Shown here one piece after another: positions 11,170 to 18,617 of a DNA stretch of 64,000 nt (its first letter is position 1; each line of letters starts with the position of its first letter). The position numbers and the translations under genes were made by a program. The stretch is from an uncultured bacterium. Lineage in GTDB: Bacteria > Patescibacteriota > Minisyncoccia > UBA6257 > 2-01-FULL-56-20. The notes under the pieces are model-generated. The model saw only the letters and a program-made list of their open reading frames with translations, ran no database searches and had not been told where the DNA came from. Where the stretch lies: the NCBI GenBank assembly GCA_963768625.1, contig CAVYIK010000003.1, positions 625-64,624 of the forward strand, read 5' to 3'.

Positions 11170-12410
11170 TCATTCGTGGACAACGCGCAGGATCTCCTCG
11201 ATGCGTGGTAAGGCCTTGCGCCGCCTTCGCGAGCGCGTCTTCGATCATCGTCGTCATCCCGTGCTTGATCGCCGCCTCCTTGATCTCTTGCGTTCGCGCG
11301 GTTCATGATGAGCTTGCCTGATCTCGTCGTTCACTTCGATCACCTCTCGAATCGCGAAGCGTCCCGTCGTAGCCGCTCATATTGCACTCCGGCGCATCCC
11401 TTCGGCGACATAAAAATTCATACTTGCTTTCACGCTCCGGGATGATCTCCGCTCAGGCTCTTAAATTCGTCCGCGGACAAGAGCGTCGCTCCTCCTTGCA
11501 CTTCTGGCACAGCATGCGGACCAGCCGCTGGCCGATCGCGACGTTCACGGTGGAAGCGACAAGGAACGACGGCACGCCCATGTCCAAAAGCCGCGGGAAG
11601 GTGGTCGCCGAATCGTTCGTGTGGAGCGTGGAGAGCACGAGGTGGCCGGTCAGCGCCGCGTTCACGGCGATAGACGCGGTCTCTTCGTCGCGGATCTCCC
11701 CCACCATGATGATGTTCGGGTCCTGCCGCAAGATGGAGCGCAGCCCGGCCGCGAACGTGAGCCCCACGTCGTTGTTCGCCTGGATCTGCGTCGTGCCCTC
11801 CAGCGAATATTCGATCGGGTCTTCGATCGTAATGATGGAGATGTCCGGCTTGTTCAGTTGCTTCAGGATCGTATAGAGCGTCGTCGTTTTCCCGGAACCC
11901 GTCGGGCCGTTCGCAAGAATCATGCCGTAGGGCTTTGCGATCGGCCGCTTCAATCTTTTTCAGATCCTTCGGCGAGAAGCCGAGGTCCTCAATCGCGAAG
12001 TTTTGCGTTCCCGCAAGCACGCGCAGGATGGCGTTCTCGCCGTAATAGGTCGGAATGATGGAAACGCGCACGTCCACGTCGCCGAAATCCTCTATCTTCA
12101 CTTTGAAGCGGCCGTCCTGCGGGAGAAGGTGCTCGTCCGTCCGCAGCCCCGAAAGCACTTTGATGCGGCTTATGATCTCCGGGTGAAGCTCGATGCCCGC
12201 CTTCGTTTTCTCAAAAACGTCGTAGAGGAGGCCGTCAATGCGGTAGCGGATGCGCAGGTGGTCCTTCGCCGGTTCAAGGTGGATGTCCGATGCCCGCGCG
12301 CTGTAGGCGTAGGCAACAAAGAGGTCTACGAGGTCGATGATGGAGATCTTCTCGAACGACTGACCCAGTTCGCGTTCAATGAGCGGCCGTAGCGATTTGA
12401 TATCACGCAT
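11170..12410 (-). pseudogene. pilB: type IV pilus assembly ATPase (PilB/GspE family), at least 3 frameshifts
   Basis: N-terminal ORF 11430..12410. ATPase core in ORF 11453..11953 ([49 protein letters not shown]). Hand translation of 11170-11450 gives ..CAECNMSGYDGR..EEILRVVHE* across further frames. Confidence 0.85.
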
Positions 12411-12416
12411 GGATTT

Positions 12417-12422
12417 ATTATA
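12417..12422 (-). promoter_or_regulatory. -10 box TATAAT 6 nt upstream of pilB ATG (leaderless-type)
   Basis: Minus strand reads gaTATAATaaatccATG. Confidence 0.4.
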
Positions 12423-12470
12423 TCATAGGAAACGCGCCCTACCCCAGAGATAGCTGCGGGGCGGCGTGAT

Positions 12471-12541
12471 TGCCGGATCGTCTAATGGTAGGACTCCGCT
12501 CTCTGGAAGCGGGTATCTTGGTTCGAATCCAGGTCCGGCAG
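12471..12541 (+). tRNA. tRNA-Gln (anticodon CUG)
   Basis: Hand-folded cloverleaf: acceptor TGCCGGA/TCCGGCA, D arm GTCT/GGAC, anticodon arm CCGCT-CTCTGGA-AGCGG, T arm CTTGG-TTCGAAT-CCAGG, discriminator G. CCA is not encoded. Confidence 0.85.
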
Positions 12542-12572
12542 CAAGTTTAAGATAGGTTCAGGTTCCGAGGAG

Positions 12573-12578
12573 TATAAT
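12573..12578 (+). promoter_or_regulatory. -10 box TATAAT 7 nt upstream of ATG 12586 (leaderless-type)
   Basis: gaggagTATAATatatctgATG. Confidence 0.4.
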
Positions 12579-12585
12579 ATATCTG

Positions 12586-13014
12586 ATGAATCAGCAAATC
12601 GCATTAATTTTATCAACCCTTGGGATTGGAGGTATTATCGGCGGTATTATAACCTTTTGGCTCAATAAGCGAAAAGAGATTGAATTTAATCAGCGACAAC
12701 AAAAGGAGAAAAGATATAAATCAATCTTGCTATTTATGGACGCCTATCTCCAGCCATCGAATATAACCTATCTTAAAGAAATCCATCCGGCCATGAAGAG
12801 CGAGAAGGACACGTACGAATGGCTGAAGGCTGAATATAGAGACATGATTCTTTATTCCTCAAAAGATGCCATTATTGCAGTTAAAAACTTCATCCATGCG
12901 CCATCTGAGGATAATTTCTCACTATCACTTCTAGCCATGAGAAAAGATTTAAGGAGCAAAGAAGTTGATCTTACGATAGGGGAAATAAAAATCAACTCCA
13001 AACTGAACAAATAA
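12586..13014 (+). CDS. hypothetical protein with one N-terminal TM helix (AT-rich islet)
   Basis: 142-aa ORF with ALILSTLGIGGIIGGIITFWL followed by a K/E-rich soluble part. Composition is markedly more AT-rich than the flanks. Confidence 0.55.
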   Translation: MNQQIALILSTLGIGGIIGGIITFWLNKRKEIEFNQRQQKEKRYKSILLFMDAYLQPSNITYLKEIHPAMKSEKDTYEWLKAEYRDMILYSSKDAIIAVKNFIHAPSEDNFSLSLLAMRKDLRSKEVDLTIGEIKINSKLNK

Positions 13015-13040
13015 AAAGGTCTTCTGAAGAAGGAAAGGAA

Positions 13041-13532
13041 ATGAAAAGCCAAGATTTACAATTTCAACTGTGGCTGCAGGCCACGGCTTTTTTAAAGAAA
13101 AAAGTTAGCAGAGCAAGAGTATCTCATATCAAACAGCATGGAGATTATAAAAAAGGCAGTTGGGGTTTGGCAAACAAAAAACTGCCTAAAATTTACATCC
13201 TCAGAAAAAGTAAGGAAATATTGTATGTCGGTATAACCAAAATGCCGCTCAGTAATCGCTTCAGGTATGGACTGACCGCCTCGGGGAAAAACGGCTACTA
13301 CGGCTATGCATGGAAGGCATTGGCAAAAAAGGTTCAATCCGAAACGATCGATTTATTCGTTTACGTCTTCAATAATAAAGAGAGAACCGAAGCGATAGAA
13401 GCCGAGGTCGTATATCTCATTAGAAATAAAATTGGTCAGTGGCCTACATATCAAACAGAGATCCATTTTCACGAGGCAGATGCCGGGGAGAAAAGAATTG
13501 CCCAAAAGATATATAATCAAATATCAGTATGA
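13041..13532 (+). CDS. GIY-YIG nuclease family protein
   Basis: KIYILRKSKEILYVGITKMPLSNRFRYG matches GIY-(~10)-YIG plus a conserved Arg. A downstream Glu-rich helix (EAIEAEVVYLIRN) follows. AT-rich. Confidence 0.65.
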   Translation: MKSQDLQFQLWLQATAFLKKKVSRARVSHIKQHGDYKKGSWGLANKKLPKIYILRKSKEILYVGITKMPLSNRFRYGLTASGKNGYYGYAWKALAKKVQSETIDLFVYVFNNKERTEAIEAEVVYLIRNKIGQWPTYQTEIHFHEADAGEKRIAQKIYNQISV

Positions 13533-13861
13533 AAAAAACCTCATTAAAGCATGACAAATATAGAAAGGCACGCGGTGGATATTCCCGCCTTCTTGAAATC
13601 CATTGCGAACATTGCGGTCACGTCATCGCACTCTATCAGAAAGACGGACCCGGCTCTTTGAAGCGGATGTATATTGATCGAATTGTGTCGCCGGAAAATT
13701 TTGTAAAATTGCAGTACATTCCAATAAAGAAAGTTCCCAATCTTGTATGTCCGCATTGCAAGCGGCTCATCGGTATCCCTTATATTTATGAAAAAGAAAA
13801 GCGTCCTGCTTTCCGGCTCTTCCAAGGTTCGGTGACGAAGAACATAGCAAAAGCAAGATAG
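13529..13861 (+). CDS. small CxxC..CxxC zinc-ribbon protein (paralogue 1 of 16115..16453)
   Basis: 110 aa: DKYRKARGG..IHCEHCG..YQKDGPG..NLVCPHCKRLIG. The start ATG overlaps the GIY-YIG stop (ATGA at 13529-13532). Confidence 0.65.
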   Translation: MKKTSLKHDKYRKARGGYSRLLEIHCEHCGHVIALYQKDGPGSLKRMYIDRIVSPENFVKLQYIPIKKVPNLVCPHCKRLIGIPYIYEKEKRPAFRLFQGSVTKNIAKAR

Positions 13862-13906
13862 AAAAAAGGCCCCGATCGAAATCGAGGCCTCGTACAACTG
13901 AATGGG

Positions 13907-15316
13907 TCAAAGACCCGTTTTCCAAAGGTACTCATGATAAATGGAGAGAGCGATGTCGGCAGCTTTCCCTTCTCTGCTCACCGCATGGTCGTTGAGAAGA
14001 TGGTTATAGGCACCAGAAGCGAAGGCTTCGAGTTCCTGCGTCCCGGCGTTGAACCTTTCCTCTCCCGGATCTCTGCCGTCCGCCAGTCGTCTCCGCAATG
14101 TCTCACGGTCGGGCGGCTCGACGTAGACGGTATAGAGCATTCCGGGGAAAGCATCCCGCATTACCGAGAGCCGATCAATGGGCCAGTCAAGAAGTGGAAA
14201 CTTCTCTTCCGTAAAAGCCCTCTCAATCGGTTCTCGTGGAGTCGCGTACCGCACGCCGTAAAGCTCATTTACGACAAGCAGTTTGCCCTCGCGATCCATT
14301 TCGTCCATCTGCGCGTCGGTAATCGGATTTTTGTCCGTTTCCCCGACTCGCAATTCTCTCGTCATGAAAGGCGAGATATAAATGAAGCGATCGTCGAGCT
14401 TCCGTAGTTCCCGGATGATCGTGCTTTTGCCGACGCCCGAAACTCCGAGAAGGAGCAAGAATTTTGAACGGCTCCTCGCAAAGTTCAAAGCGTCTTGCAT
14501 TGTCTTCGCGGCACGCACGATTGCGTCTCGCCACAACGGACTACTCGGATCGTAAGGATAGAGCAATCCGCGTGAAGAATTCACGAAAACACCTCGGCTA
14601 CCATTATCGAGGAGTTGCCGTAGATGCTTCGTCGTTCCGCCCTGAACGCCGTAGCCCGCGAAGAGCACAGGCATCTCATCGGGAATGATCTCTCGCACAT
14701 CGCTCAAATCCACGTCAGACGTTGAGCCGATGACAGGAACCATATTCCCGGCATCGTTCCATCGGTTAGCCGTCAATTCAAGAATGTATTTCCAGAGCGG
14801 TCTTCCGTCCTGAAGAATGACATCTTGAACGATAGCGGCATCGGGATTGCTCGTTTTGACCGTTACAATTGCCGCCTTGTCGGGCAAGCTCTTGAACGGC
14901 CGCATCACGTCATCGCCGAGGTAAGGGTTGACCACGACACCATCGGCATTCAATTCGCCGAAGATGTTGCGGAGATAGATGTCCATAGTGTTACCGACAT
15001 CACCGATCTTCGCGTCAACAAAAACAGGAAGCCCGGGATGATGTTCGTGGGCGTAGCTGATGGTATGTTCGAGAAGTTCGTGGCCTCCGGAGAAGATGTC
15101 GAAGAATGCTTTCTGTACTTTATAGCAGCAGATATGCGGTGCCGTGAGATCAATTACGATCTCAAGGAATCGCCGCACGGCATCTTCGTCTGCTCCTTCC
15201 TTCCGAAGTTCCATTGGAATTTTCTCGATGTCAGGATCTAATCCGCAGCAAGCAAGCGTGTTATTGCTTATCGTCGCTTGGCGGAGCAATTCCAGGCTCC
15301 GGCAGGATGTCTTCAT
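13907..15316 (-). CDS. pyrF: fusion protein: type-2 orotidine-5'-phosphate decarboxylase domain + guanylate-kinase-like P-loop kinase domain
   Basis: N-terminal half has CCGLDPD, CCYKVQKAFF, VDAKIGDVGNT (DxKxxD) and GYGVQGG. C-terminal half has GVSGVGKST (Walker A), TRELRVGE and YGVRYATP as in Gmk. Start MKTSCRSLE at 15316 is preceded by GGAAGGAG. Confidence 0.75.
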   Translation of the reverse strand: MKTSCRSLELLRQATISNNTLACCGLDPDIEKIPMELRKEGADEDAVRRFLEIVIDLTAPHICCYKVQKAFFDIFSGGHELLEHTISYAHEHHPGLPVFVDAKIGDVGNTMDIYLRNIFGELNADGVVVNPYLGDDVMRPFKSLPDKAAIVTVKTSNPDAAIVQDVILQDGRPLWKYILELTANRWNDAGNMVPVIGSTSDVDLSDVREIIPDEMPVLFAGYGVQGGTTKHLRQLLDNGSRGVFVNSSRGLLYPYDPSSPLWRDAIVRAAKTMQDALNFARSRSKFLLLLGVSGVGKSTIIRELRKLDDRFIYISPFMTRELRVGETDKNPITDAQMDEMDREGKLLVVNELYGVRYATPREPIERAFTEEKFPLLDWPIDRLSVMRDAFPGMLYTVYVEPPDRETLRRRLADGRDPGEERFNAGTQELEAFASGAYNHLLNDHAVSREGKAADIALSIYHEYLWKTGL

Positions 15317-16112
15317 CTTGATCTCCTTCCTTTGGTTGAATGAGGCCGATATGGCCGAGGTGTTCTTGTTTCGCTTCAAGATGTTCCCGCGTCAAATCAG
15401 TCGGCGGGATCACAATTGGCGTATAGTCGGCGACCTTGTATCCGTTCTCTACGAACACTCCTGCTTTATCGGGATTGTTCGTTGCGAGATTGATCTTGGT
15501 TGTCGTCGAAATCCCGAAATATTTCAGGATGCCGATGACGCCGCCATAGGTTCGGATATCAATCACGCCATTCGGCGCAACCGCATTTGCCGCTTCTACG
15601 GTATCGAGTTTGAGTTCGTCCTGAAGCCGCAACGTAGCGAGCTTGAACGGTAAACCCAATCCGCGGCCGTCTTGGCGAGGAATGTTTACGATGATGCCTT
15701 CGCCGTGTTCGGCAACGGTTTTCATCGCGAGTGCAAGTTGCTCACGGCATTCGCAGGTACGATCGCCGAAGAGTTGGCCCGTTTCGCATCCCGAATCGAT
15801 TCGCATCAAGAGAAGCTCCTGACGTGCAAAGACTGGCATGAGATTTTCGTCGAGCAATCCGAAAAACAACACCGAATACTTGCCCCATCCATCATCAATA
15901 CTGAAATCGAATTGATGAAATCTTCCGAAGTCGGTTTTGATGAGACCGACACCTTGGCGGGTCACGATGAAAAATCGAGTAAGTCCGTCTTCGGTAACGC
16001 TCACTTGCTTACCGAGCGGGATCATTGATTGCTTGGCTTTGTCGATGAGGCGCTGAACCTCCTCGACAGTCCGATCTGTGCGTTTTGCAACCGCCCGAAG
16101 ATCCAGTTCCAT
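15261..16112 (-). CDS. GTP cyclohydrolase II family protein (RibA-like) with an extra N-terminal ~90 aa
   Basis: RIDSGCETGQLFGDRTCECREQL (three Zn Cys), RQDGRGLGL, DTVEAAN, LATNNPDK. AAGGAG lies 8 nt upstream of the ATG. The 3' end overlaps the pyrF-fusion start by 56 nt. Confidence 0.75.
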   Translation of the reverse strand: MELDLRAVAKRTDRTVEEVQRLIDKAKQSMIPLGKQVSVTEDGLTRFFIVTRQGVGLIKTDFGRFHQFDFSIDDGWGKYSVLFFGLLDENLMPVFARQELLLMRIDSGCETGQLFGDRTCECREQLALAMKTVAEHGEGIIVNIPRQDGRGLGLPFKLATLRLQDELKLDTVEAANAVAPNGVIDIRTYGGVIGILKYFGISTTTKINLATNNPDKAGVFVENGYKVADYTPIVIPPTDLTREHLEAKQEHLGHIGLIQPKEGDQDEDILPEPGIAPPSDDKQ

Positions 16113-16114
16113 GA

Positions 16115-16453
16115 CTATTCTCCTTTCACGATTTTCTTTGCGTAGGTTCCCTTCATGAAGCGATACGCGAGCCTGCCATCCTCGTGCCGCATTGGCGTTC
16201 CGATAACGGTTTTACAATTTGGGCAGACGAGGTTCGCCATGTCTTTCGGTTCTCTGATCCCCGGATCATGCTGCAGTGCAAGAAGTTCCGGCGGAGCGAA
16301 GATCCGGTTGAGGTAACAGCGCAGGAGTTGTCCTGCGCCATCTTTCTGGTACTTCAAAACCCAAGTGGCACATCTAGCACAATGGATGTCGAGCATCCTT
16401 GCGGTGCCGCCGCGGGCGCGTAGGTACTTATCTTTTTTCATGCGTCTCTCCAT
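16115..16453 (-). CDS. small CxxC..CxxC zinc-ribbon protein (paralogue 2 of 13529..13861)
   Basis: 112 aa: DKYLRARGG..IHCARCA..YQKDGAG..NLVCPNCKTVIG. The stop is 2 nt from the GCH-II ATG. The real start may be MKKDKY at 16441, which is preceded by GGAGA. Confidence 0.65.
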   Translation of the reverse strand: MERRMKKDKYLRARGGTARMLDIHCARCATWVLKYQKDGAGQLLRCYLNRIFAPPELLALQHDPGIREPKDMANLVCPNCKTVIGTPMRHEDGRLAYRFMKGTYAKKIVKGE

Positions 16454-16492
16454 TTGATTTAGCTGTAAAAGAGCTTTTTGAAATCCGCCGTT

Positions 16493-16521
16493 ATTCTACA
16501 ATTTATACTGCACTACGTCAA
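16493..16521 (-). promoter_or_regulatory. sigma70-type promoter for the zinc-ribbon/GCH-II/pyrF-fusion operon
   Basis: Minus strand reads TTGACG-17 nt-TAGAAT, about 40 nt upstream of ATG 16453. Confidence 0.5.
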
Positions 16522-16570
16522 CGACAAAAGGAGAGACACTTTTGGAACACCCTGTACTGCTCCATTTATT

Positions 16571-16602
16571 CCAAAACGACCGTCCGAGGAGTATCGTTTT
16601 GG
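16571..16602. repeat. 9-bp stem hairpin with a loop resembling the loop of the 16671 palindrome
   Basis: CCAAAACGA-ccgtccgaggagta-TCGTTTTGG. Confidence 0.4.
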
Positions 16603-16670
16603 TAGAATCAGAGAATCCTCTGGGGCCCTTGTGGGGTACGATTTTTAAAAATCCGCGCCCGAGCAGTCCA

Positions 16671-16742
16671 GCCAGCAGCAAGAAAGGGTTCTGGGAAGAG
16701 CCCTTCTGAGTACTCTTTCCAGAACCCTTTCTTGCTGCTGGC
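16671..16742. repeat. 72-nt palindromic element, copy A (30-bp stem, 12-nt loop)
   Basis: GCCAGCAGCAAGAAAGGGTTCTGGGAAGAG-cccttctgagta-CTCTTTCCAGAACCCTTTCTTGCTGCTGGC, with one G:T in the stem. It lies just downstream of the DinB-like gene. Confidence 0.85.
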
Positions 16743-16783
16743 CGTTGATGGCTCGGGGTTGAACGAGGAAAAGGATCCGGGGG

Positions 16784-17290
16784 CTACCAGCTCTCGTCGC
16801 CTGAGGCGCCGTATATCGCAGGATGCGGGACGCCGTTCATTTTGAGATACACGCCGAGCTGCGCCCGATGATGCACGAGGTGGTTCACGGTCTGCCGGAG
16901 CGTAGCGCCGCGCGTCGACTCCATTAATACCTTATCCTTCATTTTAAGCGCCCACTTGTCCGTAAGCGTCTTATCATCCATTTCCGAAAGCGCCTTCTTT
17001 GCCGCCTGTACGCCGCCGTCGAATGTAGCAAGCAGCTCTTTTACGTCTTTCGGTTGAGGCGGCATCTTGTATGTCGCAAGATCGATGGAGTCATCTTTTA
17101 TGATGCCTAGGAACCAACTGGGCATCGAGCTTACCACGAACGCGAGCGTGCCGAGAGGCATGGACTTCGGACTCGGCTTGAAATCCTTCTTGTCGAACGG
17201 TACGCGCTCAAGCATCTTGCGCGTTGCCGGAACTTCTTCGTTAAATTCTTCTAAAGTATCTTGTTTATTTAGCATCCGTGTATTATACAA
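16784..17290 (-). CDS. DinB-superfamily (damage-inducible, metal-dependent) protein
   Basis: 168 aa; C-terminal LRQTVNHLVHHRAQLGVYLKMNG is typical of DinB/YfiT-like four-helix bundles. Confidence 0.7.
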   Translation of the reverse strand: MYNTRMLNKQDTLEEFNEEVPATRKMLERVPFDKKDFKPSPKSMPLGTLAFVVSSMPSWFLGIIKDDSIDLATYKMPPQPKDVKELLATFDGGVQAAKKALSEMDDKTLTDKWALKMKDKVLMESTRGATLRQTVNHLVHHRAQLGVYLKMNGVPHPAIYGASGDESW

Positions 17291-17331
17291 TATCCTTTAT
17301 ACAATATCCTTGAGGAAAGTAAAATTGTGAT

Positions 17332-17748
17332 ATGCTAGTGATAATGCTCAAGGGGTTTAAAGAGTTCATCCTGCGCGGAAACGTGGTGGACATGGCGGTC
17401 GGTGTCGTCATCGGCGCTTCGTTCGGGACGGTCGTGAATGGGGTGGTCAAAGACCTGCTTACGCCGCTTATCGCAGCGCTCGTGGCTGCGCCCGACTTTT
17501 CCGGCCTTAGTTTCACGCTGAACGGCAGCAAGTTCCTCTACGGAGATTTCCTCAACGCGCTGATCGCTTTTCTTATCGTCGCTGCCGCCGTTTACTTCTT
17601 CGTGGTGCTCCCCGTCAACATACTGACGGGGAAGATCAAGAAAACTCCCCCGCCCGCCGATCCAACTACCAAAAAATGCCCGGAATGCCTTAACGAGATA
17701 CCGCTCGGCGCACGGCGGTGCGGGTTCTGCACCTCCGCGGTGAAATAG
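17332..17748 (+). CDS. mscL: large-conductance mechanosensitive channel with C-terminal zinc ribbon
   Basis: MLKGFKEFILRGNVVDMAVGVVIGASFG..; C-terminus KKCPECLNEIPLGARRCGFCTS. Confidence 0.9.
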   Translation: MLVIMLKGFKEFILRGNVVDMAVGVVIGASFGTVVNGVVKDLLTPLIAALVAAPDFSGLSFTLNGSKFLYGDFLNALIAFLIVAAAVYFFVVLPVNILTGKIKKTPPPADPTTKKCPECLNEIPLGARRCGFCTSAVK

Positions 17749-17758
17749 AGTGTTCTTC

Positions 17759-18572
17759 CTAGTGCGCCACTTCGTCCGCGCCGGGGCGGACGCTTTGCAA
17801 TAACCTAACGACCAGATAGACAGCGAAGGTCGCGCTCGTGATGAAAAAACTTACCGGATACGGCAGATAGAAGGAAACGAAAAGTCCGAACCACGTGGCG
17901 AGCAACGCAATGAGTACGGAAATGAGGATACCCTGTGCCGGGCGGCGGGCTACCCGCTGCGCCACTGCCGCGGGGGTCACCATGAGCGCGAATATCAACA
18001 GCACGCCGACCACCTGCACCGCGATGGAGGTCGCGACGGCGACGAGGAGCATGAAGATGACCCCGATCCAGAAGATGGACACGCCCTTCGCCTCCGCGAC
18101 ATCTTCGTCAAGCGAGGTGAAAAGAAGCGGACGATACACGATCGCGACCACGCCGAGCAGAACGAGCGCCGCAATGAGCGTCACGAGCACGTCGCCGCTG
18201 CTTATCCCGAAAATCTCGCCGAACAAAAGCGAATAGGCCTCCGTGGCATAGCCGGAATACAAACTGATAAAGAGGACGCCGAGGCCGAGCATGAACGCAA
18301 GGACGGTGCCGATCTGCACGTCGCGGCTTGCGGCTTTGCGTCCGAGCGTGGCGATCGCAAGACCGCCGCCGCTCGTGAAGACGAGAAGCCCGATGATGCG
18401 GATTGATGCCGAGAAGAACGGCGCCGGCGGCGCCGGCAAAACCGATATGGGACAACGCGTGCGCCGCGAAGGACGACCGGCGCAGGACGATGAAATAGCC
18501 GATGATCCCGGCGACGATCGCGACGATCGTCCCCGCCTCAAACGCATGCCGCATGAAATCGTACTGCCACAT
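17759..18572 (-). CDS. metal (Zn/Mn) ABC transporter permease, ZnuB/TroD family (one frameshift)
   Basis: N-terminus MWQYDFMRHAFEAGTIVAIVAGIIGYF (ORF 18108..18572). The rest is in ORF 17759..18547 (..LLFGEIFGISSGDV..). Confidence 0.8.
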
Positions 18573-18617
18573 GGACTGCAGGTCGGCGAAGAATATTGAA
18601 ACTGAATGTCACACTAT

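Noticed and set aside
12471-13906. The AT-rich islet as an integrated mobile element using tRNA-Gln as attachment site
   Set aside because: There is no integrase gene, and I could not find a direct repeat of the tRNA 3' end (..GGTTCGAATCCAGGTCCGGCA) at the distal boundary. Only composition and context support a foreign origin.
17680-17748. C-terminal CxxC..CxxC zinc ribbon on MscL as a novel fusion
   Set aside because: To my knowledge similar Cys-rich C-terminal extensions occur in MscL homologues of several phyla, so it is not distinctive enough.
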